64,000 bases of DNA from Trichosphaerium sp. ATCC 40318. Its lineage: Eukaryota; Protista; Tubulinea. The DNA is taken from the NCBI GenBank assembly GCA_038496445.1, contig JALMLS010000255.1, positions 1 through 64,000 of the forward strand, given 5' to 3'. The first letter of the stretch is position 1; the number at the start of each line of letters is the position of its first letter. Under the pieces are notes generated by a model. The model had not been told where the DNA came from. It searched no databases and worked only from the letters and a program-made list of their open reading frames with translations. Shown here in pieces: positions 12,682-25,528 of this stretch. Position numbers and translations under genes: made by a program.

Positions 12682-13710
12682 AAAAAGATCTCTATTTCTG
12701 ATGTTCAAATAAAATTTAAAATGGTACACTTGTTTTTTATTAATCACGTGTAAACACAAAGTAAATTCTCGAAATGTTGTTTCTAAATTACTATTCTGTT
12801 TTCGGTGAGGTGTTTAAATCCTTGTCAAAACGACGTTCACGTAGATTCACTGTCTTGTATGCATTGGTCATTTTCCTCACTCACCTTGTTAGTGAGTTTA
12901 CTATTAGTTATTGTGAGTTGCTTTGAGCACGTGCAAGCAAAGTAAAATCTGAGCTGTGAGCACTTAACAGCCATTTACTTCCAATAACATTGTTTCAAGC
13001 GAAAAGAAATGCATGTAAACAAATACTAGGTCCGAAAACCCAAATGACAGTGTTTTTTCTGATCAACGATACATCTCCTTCGCTAGATTGAAAGAAACTA
13101 AATCATTATGGAGGCACATACCCTTGATGGCAGTAAAAACGGTAGAGCCTTGTACAACACAACGCATGATTAATTTTCATGAAACAAGACCTTGACGTTT
13201 CAATGTGCTCTTATAAAATAAATCATGGAATAAACGCTATCTGTGGGGTAATTCACATTGTACCCTTTTTCAAAATGCATGATGCATTCTGGTCAGATCG
13301 TACTAATCTATCCTGTTCAAATTCTTTATCTTCTACCCAATTTCGCTTTCATAAAAAAAAATGCTGACCTTCCGCACCCGCAATCATGAACACCCACGGA
13401 ACCCTCTACTTTGGCAGACGTGATACTTAGTGGCTATATACCGGTTATAGCAGACAAAACAAAAAGAAGCAGATAGTGTCAATACTACTTCCATAGTTGT
13501 TCAAAATGTGACATATAATTTTGCGTTAAAATCACAAAAAATCGGTCCCAGTTTCTTTGCCAAAGGATAATACTTTTTGGTTTAGTTGTGACAGGACTAT
13601 GACCACCTTTACTACGGCAATATAAAGTGATTGTCCGAGAAGAGTTACTAGTTGTGTAGTTTGGATTTTTTTCAGATTTTTTATTTTATTTACAACACAG
13701 TGTATCATTG

Positions 13711-15407
13711 TTACATAACCATCATTGAGCTTCTTTGATTAAAAAAATTACGCACAACCAAGTTTACATTACCACCATGCTTTGTAAGAAGATTAAGGGT
13801 CTCTTTGTTCTTTTGAAAACCCATTTCATAAAGTTGTTCCATTTCTCGAGCGTAAAAAGGATAAGAGAATCCATTATTACAATAATCCTCAACCTCATAA
13901 TCACTAGAGAATGATTCTGTCATCTCGTCAGCATCGTTACCGACGCTTATTATTTTAACACCAAGGCGCGGCCCAAATCTGCTTCCATTACCCGAAAGGC
14001 GAAAGAACGCATTATAGGTACCAGGTACTACAAGGAGAAGTTAACAACTTGCATACAAAAAAATACACGCTCCAACGGGCAAAAGAAACCCATGAATGTA
14101 AGGCGCACGCCAACAACAATTTTTCAGTGAAAAGGCTGTTTCGGCTCAACTTTTTGACCGCGGTCTAAAAACGTACCCTCTGGCGCGCGTAGGTTAACGC
14201 TGACTAAGATTTCCTGCCCAGGATTAACCTCCCTTAAAAGAGGGATCTCCTGAGGAGCAGATAAATTATTATAACTGCTAACAAGTAACAGTGTTGTGCC
14301 TAAAAAATCCCAAGTCAAAAAAATCCAAAAAAAAAAATTCAAAAAACAATTGAACTATCTGTGCACGTTTTTGTTGAAAACTCCAACGATCTTTTTTGAC
14401 AATAACAATCACATTCACGTGTCTGTTGTAAGAAAAAATTGCAATTTGCAATTTTTTTGTGTACCTTGTGGCCAACTCTTTGAGCAAATGTTTTGGACCT
14501 TCCAGGTCTTAACAAAATCGCATCCAGCAGAAATCTCAGTATTATTCTGTATGGTTGCATGCGCAACTAATCGCGCCCCAAAACCATGCTTTGACCCTGA
14601 ACCACCAAAGGACGAAGCTTTTATATTATTTCCGCGGTTTATCCAACCTCCGCGGCCTTTTTTACCTCTTTGTACATTAACACATCCCTTACCACTCAAA
14701 ATACCACGAGAGGCTAATTCAGCCAATACTACTCGTTTCTGCAAGAGTTTTTTGTTGGGCTTTTTTCCAACGCTTTCTTTTTTCATTTGGACATGTAAGC
14801 GTTGTTTCTCTTGCCTATAGAGATACAATGGTAAGGATATGAGGTCTATAGATGTTGACAGAAAAAAATAAAAAGGCGCGTGGAATTCGTAGAGAAAACT
14901 TGGTTTTATAGCGTGTTGGTTGTTTACGGGTTCTATACGTACTTGATGAGCGGGCTTTTGGGTTTTGGAGTGTGCCGTTTTTCCGAAACGGTAGATTCTA
15001 CCGTATCAGCTGCAATTAAGCTTTCTACTGCCTTCCTAGAAAGAGCATTGTTATCCTTCTGTTGTAGAGTATTCGACGAGCTTGTGCCACAATAAACCCA
15101 AACACGAAGAGGTTTTTTATGACTCAACGCAATGTGAAGATCTGTGAGGCTATGAGGGTTGTTAGGAGATCAGAACGGGGGAAAGTGGTAGAAATCTGGT
15201 TTATACGCACCACACCATCGTTACTTTCTCCTGTTCGTCATCCTCATATTTTATACGGATGTCTTGCCCGTATAAGCCGTACGCTTCGAGAATATTATTT
15301 CGAAGTGCATCGAAGGAGTCGCGAGGGAAGTAAAATACTCTAATGTCGTCGTGGAAGTAAGCTTTGCATTTAATCTTGTTGGTGGAGGTAAAATCAGTCA
15401 TTTTCAT
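13711..15407 (-). CDS. NBR1-like receptor (PB1 - FW - UBA), copy 2, frame intact
   Basis: Mirror of 2120-3817; the FW exon reads through IPLLREVNPGQEILVSVNLRAPE. Confidence 0.88.
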
Positions 15408-15860
15408 CAAAGTTTGCCGTTGGTGTATAAGTAAGCCACCTATGAGTACGGTAAGGATAAAATAGAGCAAGACGATCCATTTATAAGCTTCGAAGTAGCT
15501 AATACTTTCATAAAATAAACCACAACGCACCTGTGGATTCGTTGATGAGGTCGGAATGAAAAAAAGCCTTAAGCTGCCATAGATTACAACTTAAGTGAAT
15601 GGAATTAACCACGTTGTACTTTTTTTGTGATAAATACGCGAACCCATGTTTTATATTGCAAGTTGTACCGGTTCATGTGAAACTTTTTCGTGGTACAAAT
15701 ATGACAACTGGCAACTAAAGTACTCAGTTATACCGGCCAGAGGTGCTCGTGCATGTGACGCGTAGTATTGGGCAATTTATACGCGGCAGAGTTGCTCTGG
15801 CTAAACGTACGACAGCACTTCAGTGAAACTATCAGCTATGCCTTAGCCACTAAAGTTGAA

Positions 15861-16930
15861 ATGTCGTTCCATGTAGTACAACCGTACCAGTACTATTGTG
15901 TTCTTGACTTTGAAGCTACTTGCGAGCGTTATTTTCCACGTTCATACCAAAATGAAATAATAGAGTTCCCAGTAGTTGTAATAGACGCCGCTAATTACCG
16001 TGTATTGCCTGAAAGCTTCAGAGTGTTTGTAAAACCAAATATAAATCCTAAGCTCACAGAATTTTGTACAGAGCTTACAGGCATTACACAGGTGCGTAAT
16101 AACTTGCATAAATACGAACGAAACCGTTAATGGTTCCCAAAGGACCAAGTTGACAAAGGAGTAACTCTATCGGAAGCAGTTGACCTTTTTGATGCGTGGC
16201 AGGCCAAACATATTCCGGGTTAGCAATTTTACAGATGATTCCGTTAACGCTAACACGTGAAAAATTTCCAGGTTCATGGGCGTTCATAACAGACGGGTAT
16301 GAATGAAAAAGATGATAATCTTCTGGTTGTTCAAAAAAAATTGCTGATGTTTATCTTGTTTGAAGTTGATCACTTTTTAGGCCATGGGATTTAAGGAGGT
16401 TCTTGGATAGGGAGTGTAAATTAAAGAATATAAAGAAGCCTTCATATTGTGATAGTTGGGTTAACATTAGATGGTTGAATGCTTCATTCTATAACAAGAA
16501 ACGTGGTAACATCGAAAGAATGCTTGGAGATTTTGGCATGCAGTTTCAAGGAAGCCCGCATTCAGGTTCCTTTATAACAACCAATAATTTGGATGGCCAT
16601 TAAAAAACTACTTTAGGAATCGATGACGCAAGGAACATTGCAAGGATAGCACGTGCGACACTTATTATTTTTTTTCTTATTTTTTTCTTGTTTGTGGTTG
16701 TTTTTTTTACGGTCTATCTAGTACGCATGATGTGTGATGGATGTTTGATGGTTATTAATGACTCTTTGGCTTACCCTATAGATGGTCAATACGAAACTAA
16801 TACTCCAACATACATTGATACAAAGCGTTGTAATCACTGTAAAAAGATTGGACATATTGATGACAAGTGTTGGTTTAAGCATCCACATCTTAACCCGTAT
16901 AATCAAAGAGCTTCGATTGTACCTAATTAA
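15861..16930 (+). CDS. ERI1-family exoribonuclease with CCHC knuckle (copy 2)
   Basis: Mirror of 595-1666; ends SIVPN* versus SIVVPN* in copy 1. Confidence 0.92.
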
Positions 16931-17180
16931 TCAACAAAAAGTCTACAGGCTAGAATAAACATTTTCTAGCCTTTTACCTTCATGCTTTGTACGGGAAACG
17001 AACGTTTTATGCCAATCAAACTTTTGTCCATTTTTTGTGTTACACAATTATTTGACTGGTACCAGAATTAACTGAACTGAACAAACACGGTAGGAGTAAG
17101 CCTGAATACAAAATTCTAAGCCACAACACTCCACTCAAGCGACACAACGTTTTTCAATATTAAAACACCGATCCGCGGAT

Positions 17181-18081
17181 ATGAGCGCTCCAGAATCACT
17201 TGATAGCATACTATCATACCTACCGGTAGAGATACAGCTTGATATTATCGATTTTGTCTAAACACGCTGCAACTACAACAAGATTTGATAGTGAGCTTAA
17301 TAAGAGCGGTAAATGGAAACGAATAGAGATTATACCACGCTATAGCAAATCGCCAGTCGAACAATTTAGTATTGTAAACTGGGCACGTGGTAAAAAACAT
17401 GGAGAATCCAAGTCGTGGCGTGACACATTGACATTAAAATGTAACTATGTCAATGGTGAGCTTGAAGGAGAGTATAAAGAGTGGTATTCAGATGGATCAT
17501 TTAATAATGATGGTGAGTTAGAAGGAGAGTCGAATGGTAGTAAATTGTGTAAGCAATGTTATTATGTCAATGGTAAGCTTGAAGGAGTGAGAAAAGAATG
17601 GTTTCAGGATGGTACTCTAGAGCTGCATTGCCATTATGTATTTGGTAGACTGGAAGGAGAATATAAAAGGTGGTTTGAGGCAGGTCAATTGGAGTGCAGT
17701 GGTAGCTTTGTTTGTAGAAAAAGAACAGGAGTGTGGCGGTTTTGGTATGATAATGGCCAACTGAAAGAGCATGCTAATTATGTCAATGATGTAAAAGAAG
17801 GAGCATATCAATGTTGGTATAAGAATGGACAGTTATGGGAACAGGTTACCAATGATGGAGCGTATATGCGTTGGTATGAAAATGGTCAAGCAAGAGAACA
17901 GTTTTTTTATAATAGTAATGGTCACCAAGAAGGAGAGTATAAGGAATGGCATAGCAATGGCCAGTTGAGGAAGAAATGTTATTTCGTCAAAGGTAGATTT
18001 CATGGAGAATATAAAAGATGGAGTAAAACAGGCTTCCTGATTGTACACCATAAATACGTTGATGGTATGCAATTGAAGTAA
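17181..18081 (+). pseudogene. F-box-like + MORN-variant/YwqK repeat gene, copy 2, frameshifted by a 32-bp deletion near 17254
   Basis: ATG 17181 gives MSAPESLDSILSYLPVEIQLDIIDFV*. The downstream frame has about 8 repeats of the YVNGKLEG.YKEWY.NGQL type. Intronless. Confidence 0.82.
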
Positions 18082-18222
18082 TTAAAACAAGGCATATGCT
18101 TTGCAATATGGACCATAGATTCTATGTTGAGCCAACTACCAAACAACCAGACTCGGCCGGAAGTTTAGATATAATAAACATTATTTTTAGCTTGAAGGTG
18201 ACTAGTGTTTATTGTAGGTCAT

Positions 18223-19481
18223 TTAAAAGTTACGACGTCTAATTGCCTGTGGAGAGTTTTGAGTTAGCATTCCCGAGCCAATATCAATCTCTAAGCCATC
18301 GGTTGCCTAGAAAAACCAGGAGTCAGTACTTGGAACTGATATAAAAGTTGTTTTTGTTGTCAACACATACAGTTCTGCGAATGACATCAACTACTGTTCT
18401 TGCTGCTGATACTGGGAGGTACTCTGTACGATAAACAGTGGAGGTACATGTTGAGTTACTGCAAAAGGACTTGAAACAAAAAAAAGTGAGTCGTTAGCTA
18501 CAATCAACATGTGTACATTTTGGGCAGTTTCTCCAAAGTTTGCGTTTAGGACTTGTTTTCCAGCTTGATTGTAGAAAATGATGAAGAAATGATCCTCATT
18601 TAGTCCCATCTGATATCCGCTAACGTCTTTCATACATCCTGTAGGACACGTGGCTTCAACAGCGATTTTGGACGAAGACTCAATTGAAGCTCCAACTTTT
18701 GGAGATTTGAAAGCTAAATCGGACTCAAAAGGCAACTGTTGAACTAAGGTATGGCTAACAACGCCTGTGGCAGGGAATACGTTTACATAGGTGAGCGCCT
18801 GAGTGCTATCATCGAGTATAGCCATGTAGGCTTCGAGAACTTCAATGTATTTTGATTCGTATCTTATCGCTTCAGAACACGTGGTGACGCCATTACAGTA
18901 CGCCTAAAGAAGTGTGAGGTAATATTATTCGATTTTAAGACGTACTGGAGGTAGTTTGGTGTTGTTGGGGTAAAAGTCTACATTGTATACAAGGCCATAC
19001 GAAGGATCAGGCACACTTTGTATTTCTGTATAGAACCCAAGTTAGAAAGTTCATTGCGACATTTCTCAACGGATTGTCATGTCACAAATCAAACTATAAA
19101 ACGGTTTGCAGGGCTTTTTAGCGCGTAACAAAGAGGCATAGGAATACGACAAAAAGAAGAAAAGGGTAGTCAAGAAAAAGGCCTCTTAAAAAATCAGGAA
19201 GAATTGGAGTGTTTTTGCTTTTGAGGGAGGAAGTTATTGTAGCACGTGCGTTTAAAAAGTTGGAGTTGAGGAAGACCTGTAGCGAAGTTTCTGCCTAGCT
19301 TGTAGTGTGTAGCAATGTTAAACTGTTATAAAGTGTTAGCGAACACGTCGTGATGAACAAAATAAAAACCAATGATTTACTAGTTCTTACGTACACAGAC
19401 TGGAGAGAAATTGCATAGATCAGCGTGTACTGAAACGAAAAGAAGACATAGAGCAAAGAGAAGAATCTTATGTGGTGTCAT
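18223..19481 (-). CDS. Secreted protein of unknown function
   Basis: Signal peptide MTPHKILLFALCLLFVSVHA; six exons splice in frame via GT-AG to ...QNSPQAIRRRNF*. Confidence 0.75.
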
Positions 19482-20778
19482 GGTGATGTGATACCTAAAT
19501 TAACCTGTTTTCTTATCTGACTTAACTAAAAAGGTGAGCCAAAGAAATGTGTCCATGATTCTTTACACTATATTAGTATAAAATGTGCAACGGTTATAAG
19601 TATGTAAAGATGTTTAATAGGACAAAAGTCTACATCGGTTCAAGGCCAAATGTGACTAATTAATTCTATCAGAAAAAGCCACTTTGTTTCTAACCAAAAT
19701 GTAGTATGTCGTTACAGGAATCAAATACCAAATCTATGATTGATGCTTTACTTAAATCATCCTTAACAAAGATTTTAAAATGCCTTGCTATTGATTTAAG
19801 GTCAGCGATGGTGAATTTGCGATTACTTCTTCGTCAAGGCCGTACGCGTGTTTCCCTTAATGCCAGTAAGAATTTAAAGTACAAAACTTGCATTGTTAAC
19901 ACAAGCCATCACTAAGCACCTTGGCTCGCTATTGCACCCAATACAAGATATTTTATTTCTTTAGCGGGTAGCACCCGTATACTGCGGTACAATGAGTTTG
20001 CAAGCAGTTGCATCCAAAGAATTGCTTGTTCGGTTTAGTTGTACTACGAATTGTTGTTGGGTATTAACGCGCCATAGAGCATGCTACCACGGAAAGAACA
20101 CAAATTTAGAAAAATATGCTTCTTGTTGCTTGGTCTGATAATTCACAACAGTATTGTCGTTCCACCATTTTAGTAATATAACCCCATGTACTTAGCCTGT
20201 ATGGACTAAAACAAACACACAAGGACATTATCGAGTCTCGCTTATAGCCACCTCCAATTCAAATACTAGTATTGGCCTGTATTTAAACGATGGACCACTA
20301 TTGATCCCATGACAAGTAAGTAGCCTGCTGACACAAGAGAAGCCAAGAAAACTACTAATTGGTATGCCAGGTAAATAGATCCAAACTCTAAAAAAGCGAG
20401 GATAATACCACCTGTGGTAGAATTTGTTGAACTCAGTATATTCAAAGCAGTTCCTCAAAGGTTAGTTTTACAATAGAAAAGAAAGGATATGTATCAAGTG
20501 GAAAATTACAAGCTTAACAATATAGTGAGAATAGGCATGTAATGTGATGGTAATTTACCTCTACAACAAAAGTATATCAAGATGAGAAAAAAAGAAGAAA
20601 GTGTCAACAAGCTCCTTTACAGACTTGGTTAGTTTCGTGTTCAAAGTAACTTATTAAAAGTGATCAATAATTGCTTTGGGCTCGTTAAGGCTGCACTAGA
20701 CTGATTCAATCTTGGGCAAGCCAACTGCTATTTATTGAATTTGTAAAACTAATGATTACTTGTTGTGATTACCTCTAG

Positions 20779-23700
20779 CTACAACACTATCTCCGAGTCT
20801 GAGTCGTTTGTTTCATCTAGTTGTGTATCATTTTCTTTTTCTTGCTTGTATTCCTTCAGCTCCTTTTGTAGTTTATCGATAGTTCCTCGCAACTCTTGCA
20901 TTGTAGTTGTCAATGCATTGAATTTTTTTGCATTTTCTTCTTGTTGTTTCTTCAGTTTCTTTCTTAGTTTGTCGTTGGTTGCTTGCAACTTTTGTATTGC
21001 TGAAGTTGTTTCTGTATCATCTGGTGGTTTTTTTGCACTTTCTTTTTTTTTGTATTTCTTTAGTCGCTTTCGAAGTTTGCCATTGGTTGATTTCAACATT
21101 TGTATCATTGTGGTTGTTGCTGCATTGGATTGTTTCACACTTTCTTCTTGTTCCTCGTATTTCTTCAGTTTCTCTTGTAGTGTATCATTGGTCGCTTGTA
21201 ACTCTTGCATTGTTGTCATTGTTTGCGATATATTTGATAATGTTGTTCTTTTATCGCTTTGTCTATCATAGAGAGAAAGTTGTTCTTTTGAAAGTGTCAT
21301 GAAATACATTCTTGGAATGAGAATTGATAAGATGGAGATGAAAGGTCCAAGAATAAGACACGATGAACGAAGAATAAACGCAACTGAACGATTGTTACTT
21401 CCAAACACCTACACAAGTACTAAGCATATATTTATTAAATACAATAAGTGGTACCTGAACGATGATGAAGATGATGATAAAGAATGTGAGAGTGTAAACT
21501 GCAAATCCAATTGATCTATTCAAAACAAGTCAATATTACACTATCTAGTCTATCGTACCTTGATTCGTTGTAAAGAACAGCTTTCAATCTCCATATTCTG
21601 TACACCCAATAAATACCGTACAACAATACACATGCATTGAAAGCAAGGAGTATTGACAAGAACACAGCATCTGTTGTTGTGTTTGAACAATCATAGTAGT
21701 CATCAGATAGAATGTGTGGTGTTGACACTTCCTCGTATTCAGCTTTCGATGGACTCACACCTGTCCATATAGCCAATATCAGCACTTCGGTGGCAACAAT
21801 ACCAGTGACGATTGGAAGGATCATCCTGTTGGTGACTGTTTTGACTGCCAAACGTTTTTCAAAAAATATTTGACCAATTCTGTAAATACGAGCAAACATT
21901 GCTCCATATGCCAGCTATCACGTGTTAGTCAATGAAAAAAGTAACATTTATGGCTACTACAAAACGCAAAATTATGACTTCACTTACGCCAAAACCGACT
22001 CCAAGAAGCCATCTCACAACATTACAATGCAAATCATCAGTGTGAAGTGTCCAAAAGAAGACAGTCGCATACATGAATATTGTTCCAATCTAAACAATAA
22101 CAATGAGTGAGCAATTGGCATAGATTTAGGAACATACAAGAGCAAGTACAACGAACAAAGGTTGTGATGCACGCATTGCCCGATGTTTGCGGTATATCAA
22201 TACCCACGGAATGAGACAAAGAGTGATGAATATGAGAACGCTGACCAAACAAAGCATCACAAGCTCGCTTGTTTGTTCTTGAAATACAAATAAAGTGAGA
22301 ATAAATGAAGAAAAAGAGAAACGAAATAAGAAAATAAAAAGAACGTACTGTACCATCCAAATGTAGTGTGACGTTCATTCCATTTTGGAACTGGATATAC
22401 GAGCTCTGTAGTTACAGCATAAAGAGGGGCAACAATTTTTTGATTGTGATCATCTCCATATTGATACACCAATCGATTCCTTCCGCTATTCTGACCAAAT
22501 CTATCAAAAGTAACCTCTCCATAAAACCCAGTGATCTCCATTGCAGCAATTGTCTCTTGAATTGTTTCACTATCAAAGGTACTAAAATAAAAATAAGCAA
22601 CATGTGATTGTCACGTGATCTATAAAAAAAGAAGTCTATTTTTGTCGTACTTTGCTGTTTCGTAGGCGTGCTGAATAATGTATCCTGAAACGTAACCCGC
22701 GGCACCAATCATAGTAGGATCTTCTCCAAATCGTTGTTTATACTTGTTGTTGAATATCATTGGTGATGCGATTGTTCCATTGCTCACAAAATGATAGAAA
22801 TTGGTCATGTCGTTTTCGTCATGGAATTCAGTGTTAAGGTTTTTATCCCACTACAAATGAGTTATTCAAATAAAATAAAATAAGAAGAGTGTATTACAAA
22901 AAATCCACTGGACAAGGTATACTTTAAATCATCGCTAATGTCACTGTCGCGATCAATACACACAGGTGAAAATGTATATGCCTGTAATGCAAAGTTAGGT
23001 TACAGAATTGACAGTTTATACAGTAAAACGCATAAGAAATAATTCACACCTTTGCATTAAAGTCAAGCTCTTTTGAAGCACTCATAAAATGTTTACAAAT
23101 GATAGATCCTTCTACCAATACAATATCTAAAGTCTGGTAAGTGTTTGGTAGACGTTCTCATAGTATTTAGAAATGTGTACCTGGTTTGTGTTCCTGTTTT
23201 TTGAGTTCTTTGACCACTGATTTCATTGTTGTGGATATAAAGGTCATGTTGGCTGGAATACGTTGCTCGTATATAACTGTCAGATTAAAAAACGGCATAG
23301 ATTTAAATACTTCTCCTATTAAACGATCGAAATTTTCTAAGCATAGGATTTGGTGAGCAAGTAAGACACAACTGATCGGATTTCTTTTAAAGCTGAGACA
23401 TTTTTATTTTGGGCTAAGTGACTGTAGTAGCCTAGAAAACTCAAAATTGGCAGTACCTGGCCATATAACGGCTACAGTGCGGGCACCATGACTAGCCAAC
23501 AAACCAAGAGATTCTGTGTAAACCTTTGTATATGGTGCAAGTAATCCGAAATAGTATTTATACTTTCTTCCTAAAGGCACAGTACATGGAGGGTCTAATC
23601 TTTCATCACATATATTATAACCAGGAGATTTAATTTGTGCTATAACAATAAATACCAAACACAAATCCTTTGGCTACAGCAGAGTATCCAAAACACGCTC

Positions 23701-24367
23701 CACACAAAAAGGTGAGACTCAAGTACGTATTATGATACTCTGCTAATACAAACCAAAAACGTACGTAGTATTGCGTTGATTTTATGTTCATTTGTTACAT
23801 AATTAAAAAAGCCTGTCCCAAAAGCTGGCTACACGCACCAATAAGTAAGTGATAAACATTTTATACAACAACAGCCGTATTTCGGCTGCTAGTCATATCA
23901 CACACGAGGATTAGGGTAAAGAAGACAACGCACCAACAATACAAAATCAACACCTTGCTCTAAAAACTTTTTTGTGCCATTTTCCCAGACCACCTTCGGG
24001 ACAATCGAGGCTAGGTGAGGCATTAGGTACAGCCAGTCAGGTAAATAGAACTTTTGCATACATCCTTGTTCAAATTCAAAACGTAAAAGTTCTACTTTGT
24101 GACTAGTTTCATTGATAGTAATACCGCCGCGAGCATTGACCTGGTAAATTAAAAAAAGTGTCAATACAATCGCAGAAAGCTCAGATAAAAAATTACTTCG
24201 TCTTGCCACATTTGATGACCCTGTAGTACAAGTCTGTCTCCGTCCACTGTTTTGTTGCCTTCTACTGCGGATATAACACCAATGCGTATTACACGGTCAT
24301 GGGACCACGTGATAACTATAAATATAACCAACAATAGTTGTAAAATAGTTATTATTGCTTGTCTCAT
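20779..24367 (-). CDS. Class C (GABA-B/Grl-like) GPCR: periplasmic-binding-protein-type ectodomain, 7TM, repeated coiled-coil tail
   Basis: Signal peptide, VIRIGVI, VNARGGITIN, TGFYGEVTFD; TM motifs RASQPLF, YGAMFARIYRI, YNESRSIGFAVY, LIPRMY. Confidence 0.9.
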
Positions 24368-25528
24368 GTTGACACCGTTTTATTTGTGGATATGACTTGA
24401 ATAGAAACGTTAAGTAGCGAGGAGTGTAATTTCTGAAAGTTATTATGACGTACAGCAAGCGAAGAAGGCGGGTACAGGTATTTTTCGCAGTACTCTTTTC
24501 TGACAAAATAAAACAACACGAACAATTTTTCGAACAATTTTTTCGAACAAACAAGTTGAACAAAGCTTCATTTTATAGTTGTAGCGTAAAGTAAGTTGAA
24601 ACTTGTTCGAAAAAATATGACTGTCCACAAAAATAGACCAAAAACCACACAAGTGGATTCTTTGCCTTCCCAGTTTAATTCAACACATTTATACTATGGG
24701 ACAGCAAACGCAAGCTATTATAGACGCTGTTCACTTTCGGTTAGGCCCGTCGCTTTGCACGGGACAAGAAACCGACCTTCAGTCATAGAGTTGATCGCTA
24801 AACGGCTATAGCCAGTTAGCCGCTTAAGTTTTTGGGACCGGCTATAACCAGCTAAGAAAAAATAAGGGAAAACTCAACCGTCTTTTTGCTTGATACTAGG
24901 CTTTGTATCTATGTCTCGAACACAAACGAATTTCAAAGCCATTGAGAGCATGTAGAACTTAAAAAACGCATGTGGTGCCATTGTACAACACCAACAAAAT
25001 CGCACATTTTTAAATGGTTTAGCCAAATACAGATTTTGCTGAGTTGCTTAGCCGGGACTGGACCACGATCACTTCTATTCACCAATTGTCATGACGTTGA
25101 TATTAATACATGATTAGTTTCAAAATCCACTTGAGTGGATTTTGGTCATATTTTGCGGACAATTGTATGTTAATGAACAATTCGTTTCGAACAAGCCTTG
25201 TAGGCTTGGTTTACTAAATCCAAGAGCGCTATTTCAACATTGAGAGTACAATAGGAGGAACCTATAGCAATGTTGGAAAAGATGTATCCGTCTACAATAG
25301 TTGTGGGCATTGTCGTAAGGAAACAAAAAAAATCCCCAAAACTTGTGAAATTTCGCAGAATTGTTCAGTCTTTTTAGAAATAAAATCATTCTTGTAGTAA
25401 ATCCACGTTTTATAATCCATACTCTATTTATTTCCTTGCGTTTTCTATAAATGGAAAGTAAAAAAGCGTGGCGGAACACAGCACGCTCTTTTCTTACTGT
25501 TAATAAGCATTACGTCATCAAGAAAGCA

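Larger units (their letters stand above)
9684..17490. repeat. Right arm of the inverted duplication
   Basis: Reverse complement of 1-7864 with scattered substitutions and indels; the true outer end cannot be seen because the left arm leaves the window. Confidence 0.97.

Noticed and set aside
1-17490. Inverted arms as terminal inverted repeats of a transposon or Polinton
   Set aside because: The arms hold intron-containing housekeeping genes and the spacer encodes actin; no transposase, integrase or polymerase B is visible.
18391-18393. Apparent in-frame TAG suggesting readthrough or a variant genetic code
   Set aside because: An intron at about 18466-18516 shifts the frame (SFCSNSTC...PVSAARTVV). 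TAA, TAG and TGA all end conserved genes normally in this window.
19690-20460. Minus-strand fragments (FTIADLKSIARHFKI...SKASIIDLV; ORF 20228-20458)
   Set aside because: Short, interrupted by stops and not joinable into a gene model; at most decayed remnants.
20765-21302. Plus-strand ORFs 20765-21271 and 20928-21302 (similarly 49353-49817, 14296-14820, 43586-44014, 31433-31816)
   Set aside because: Antisense shadows of real exons on the opposite strand.
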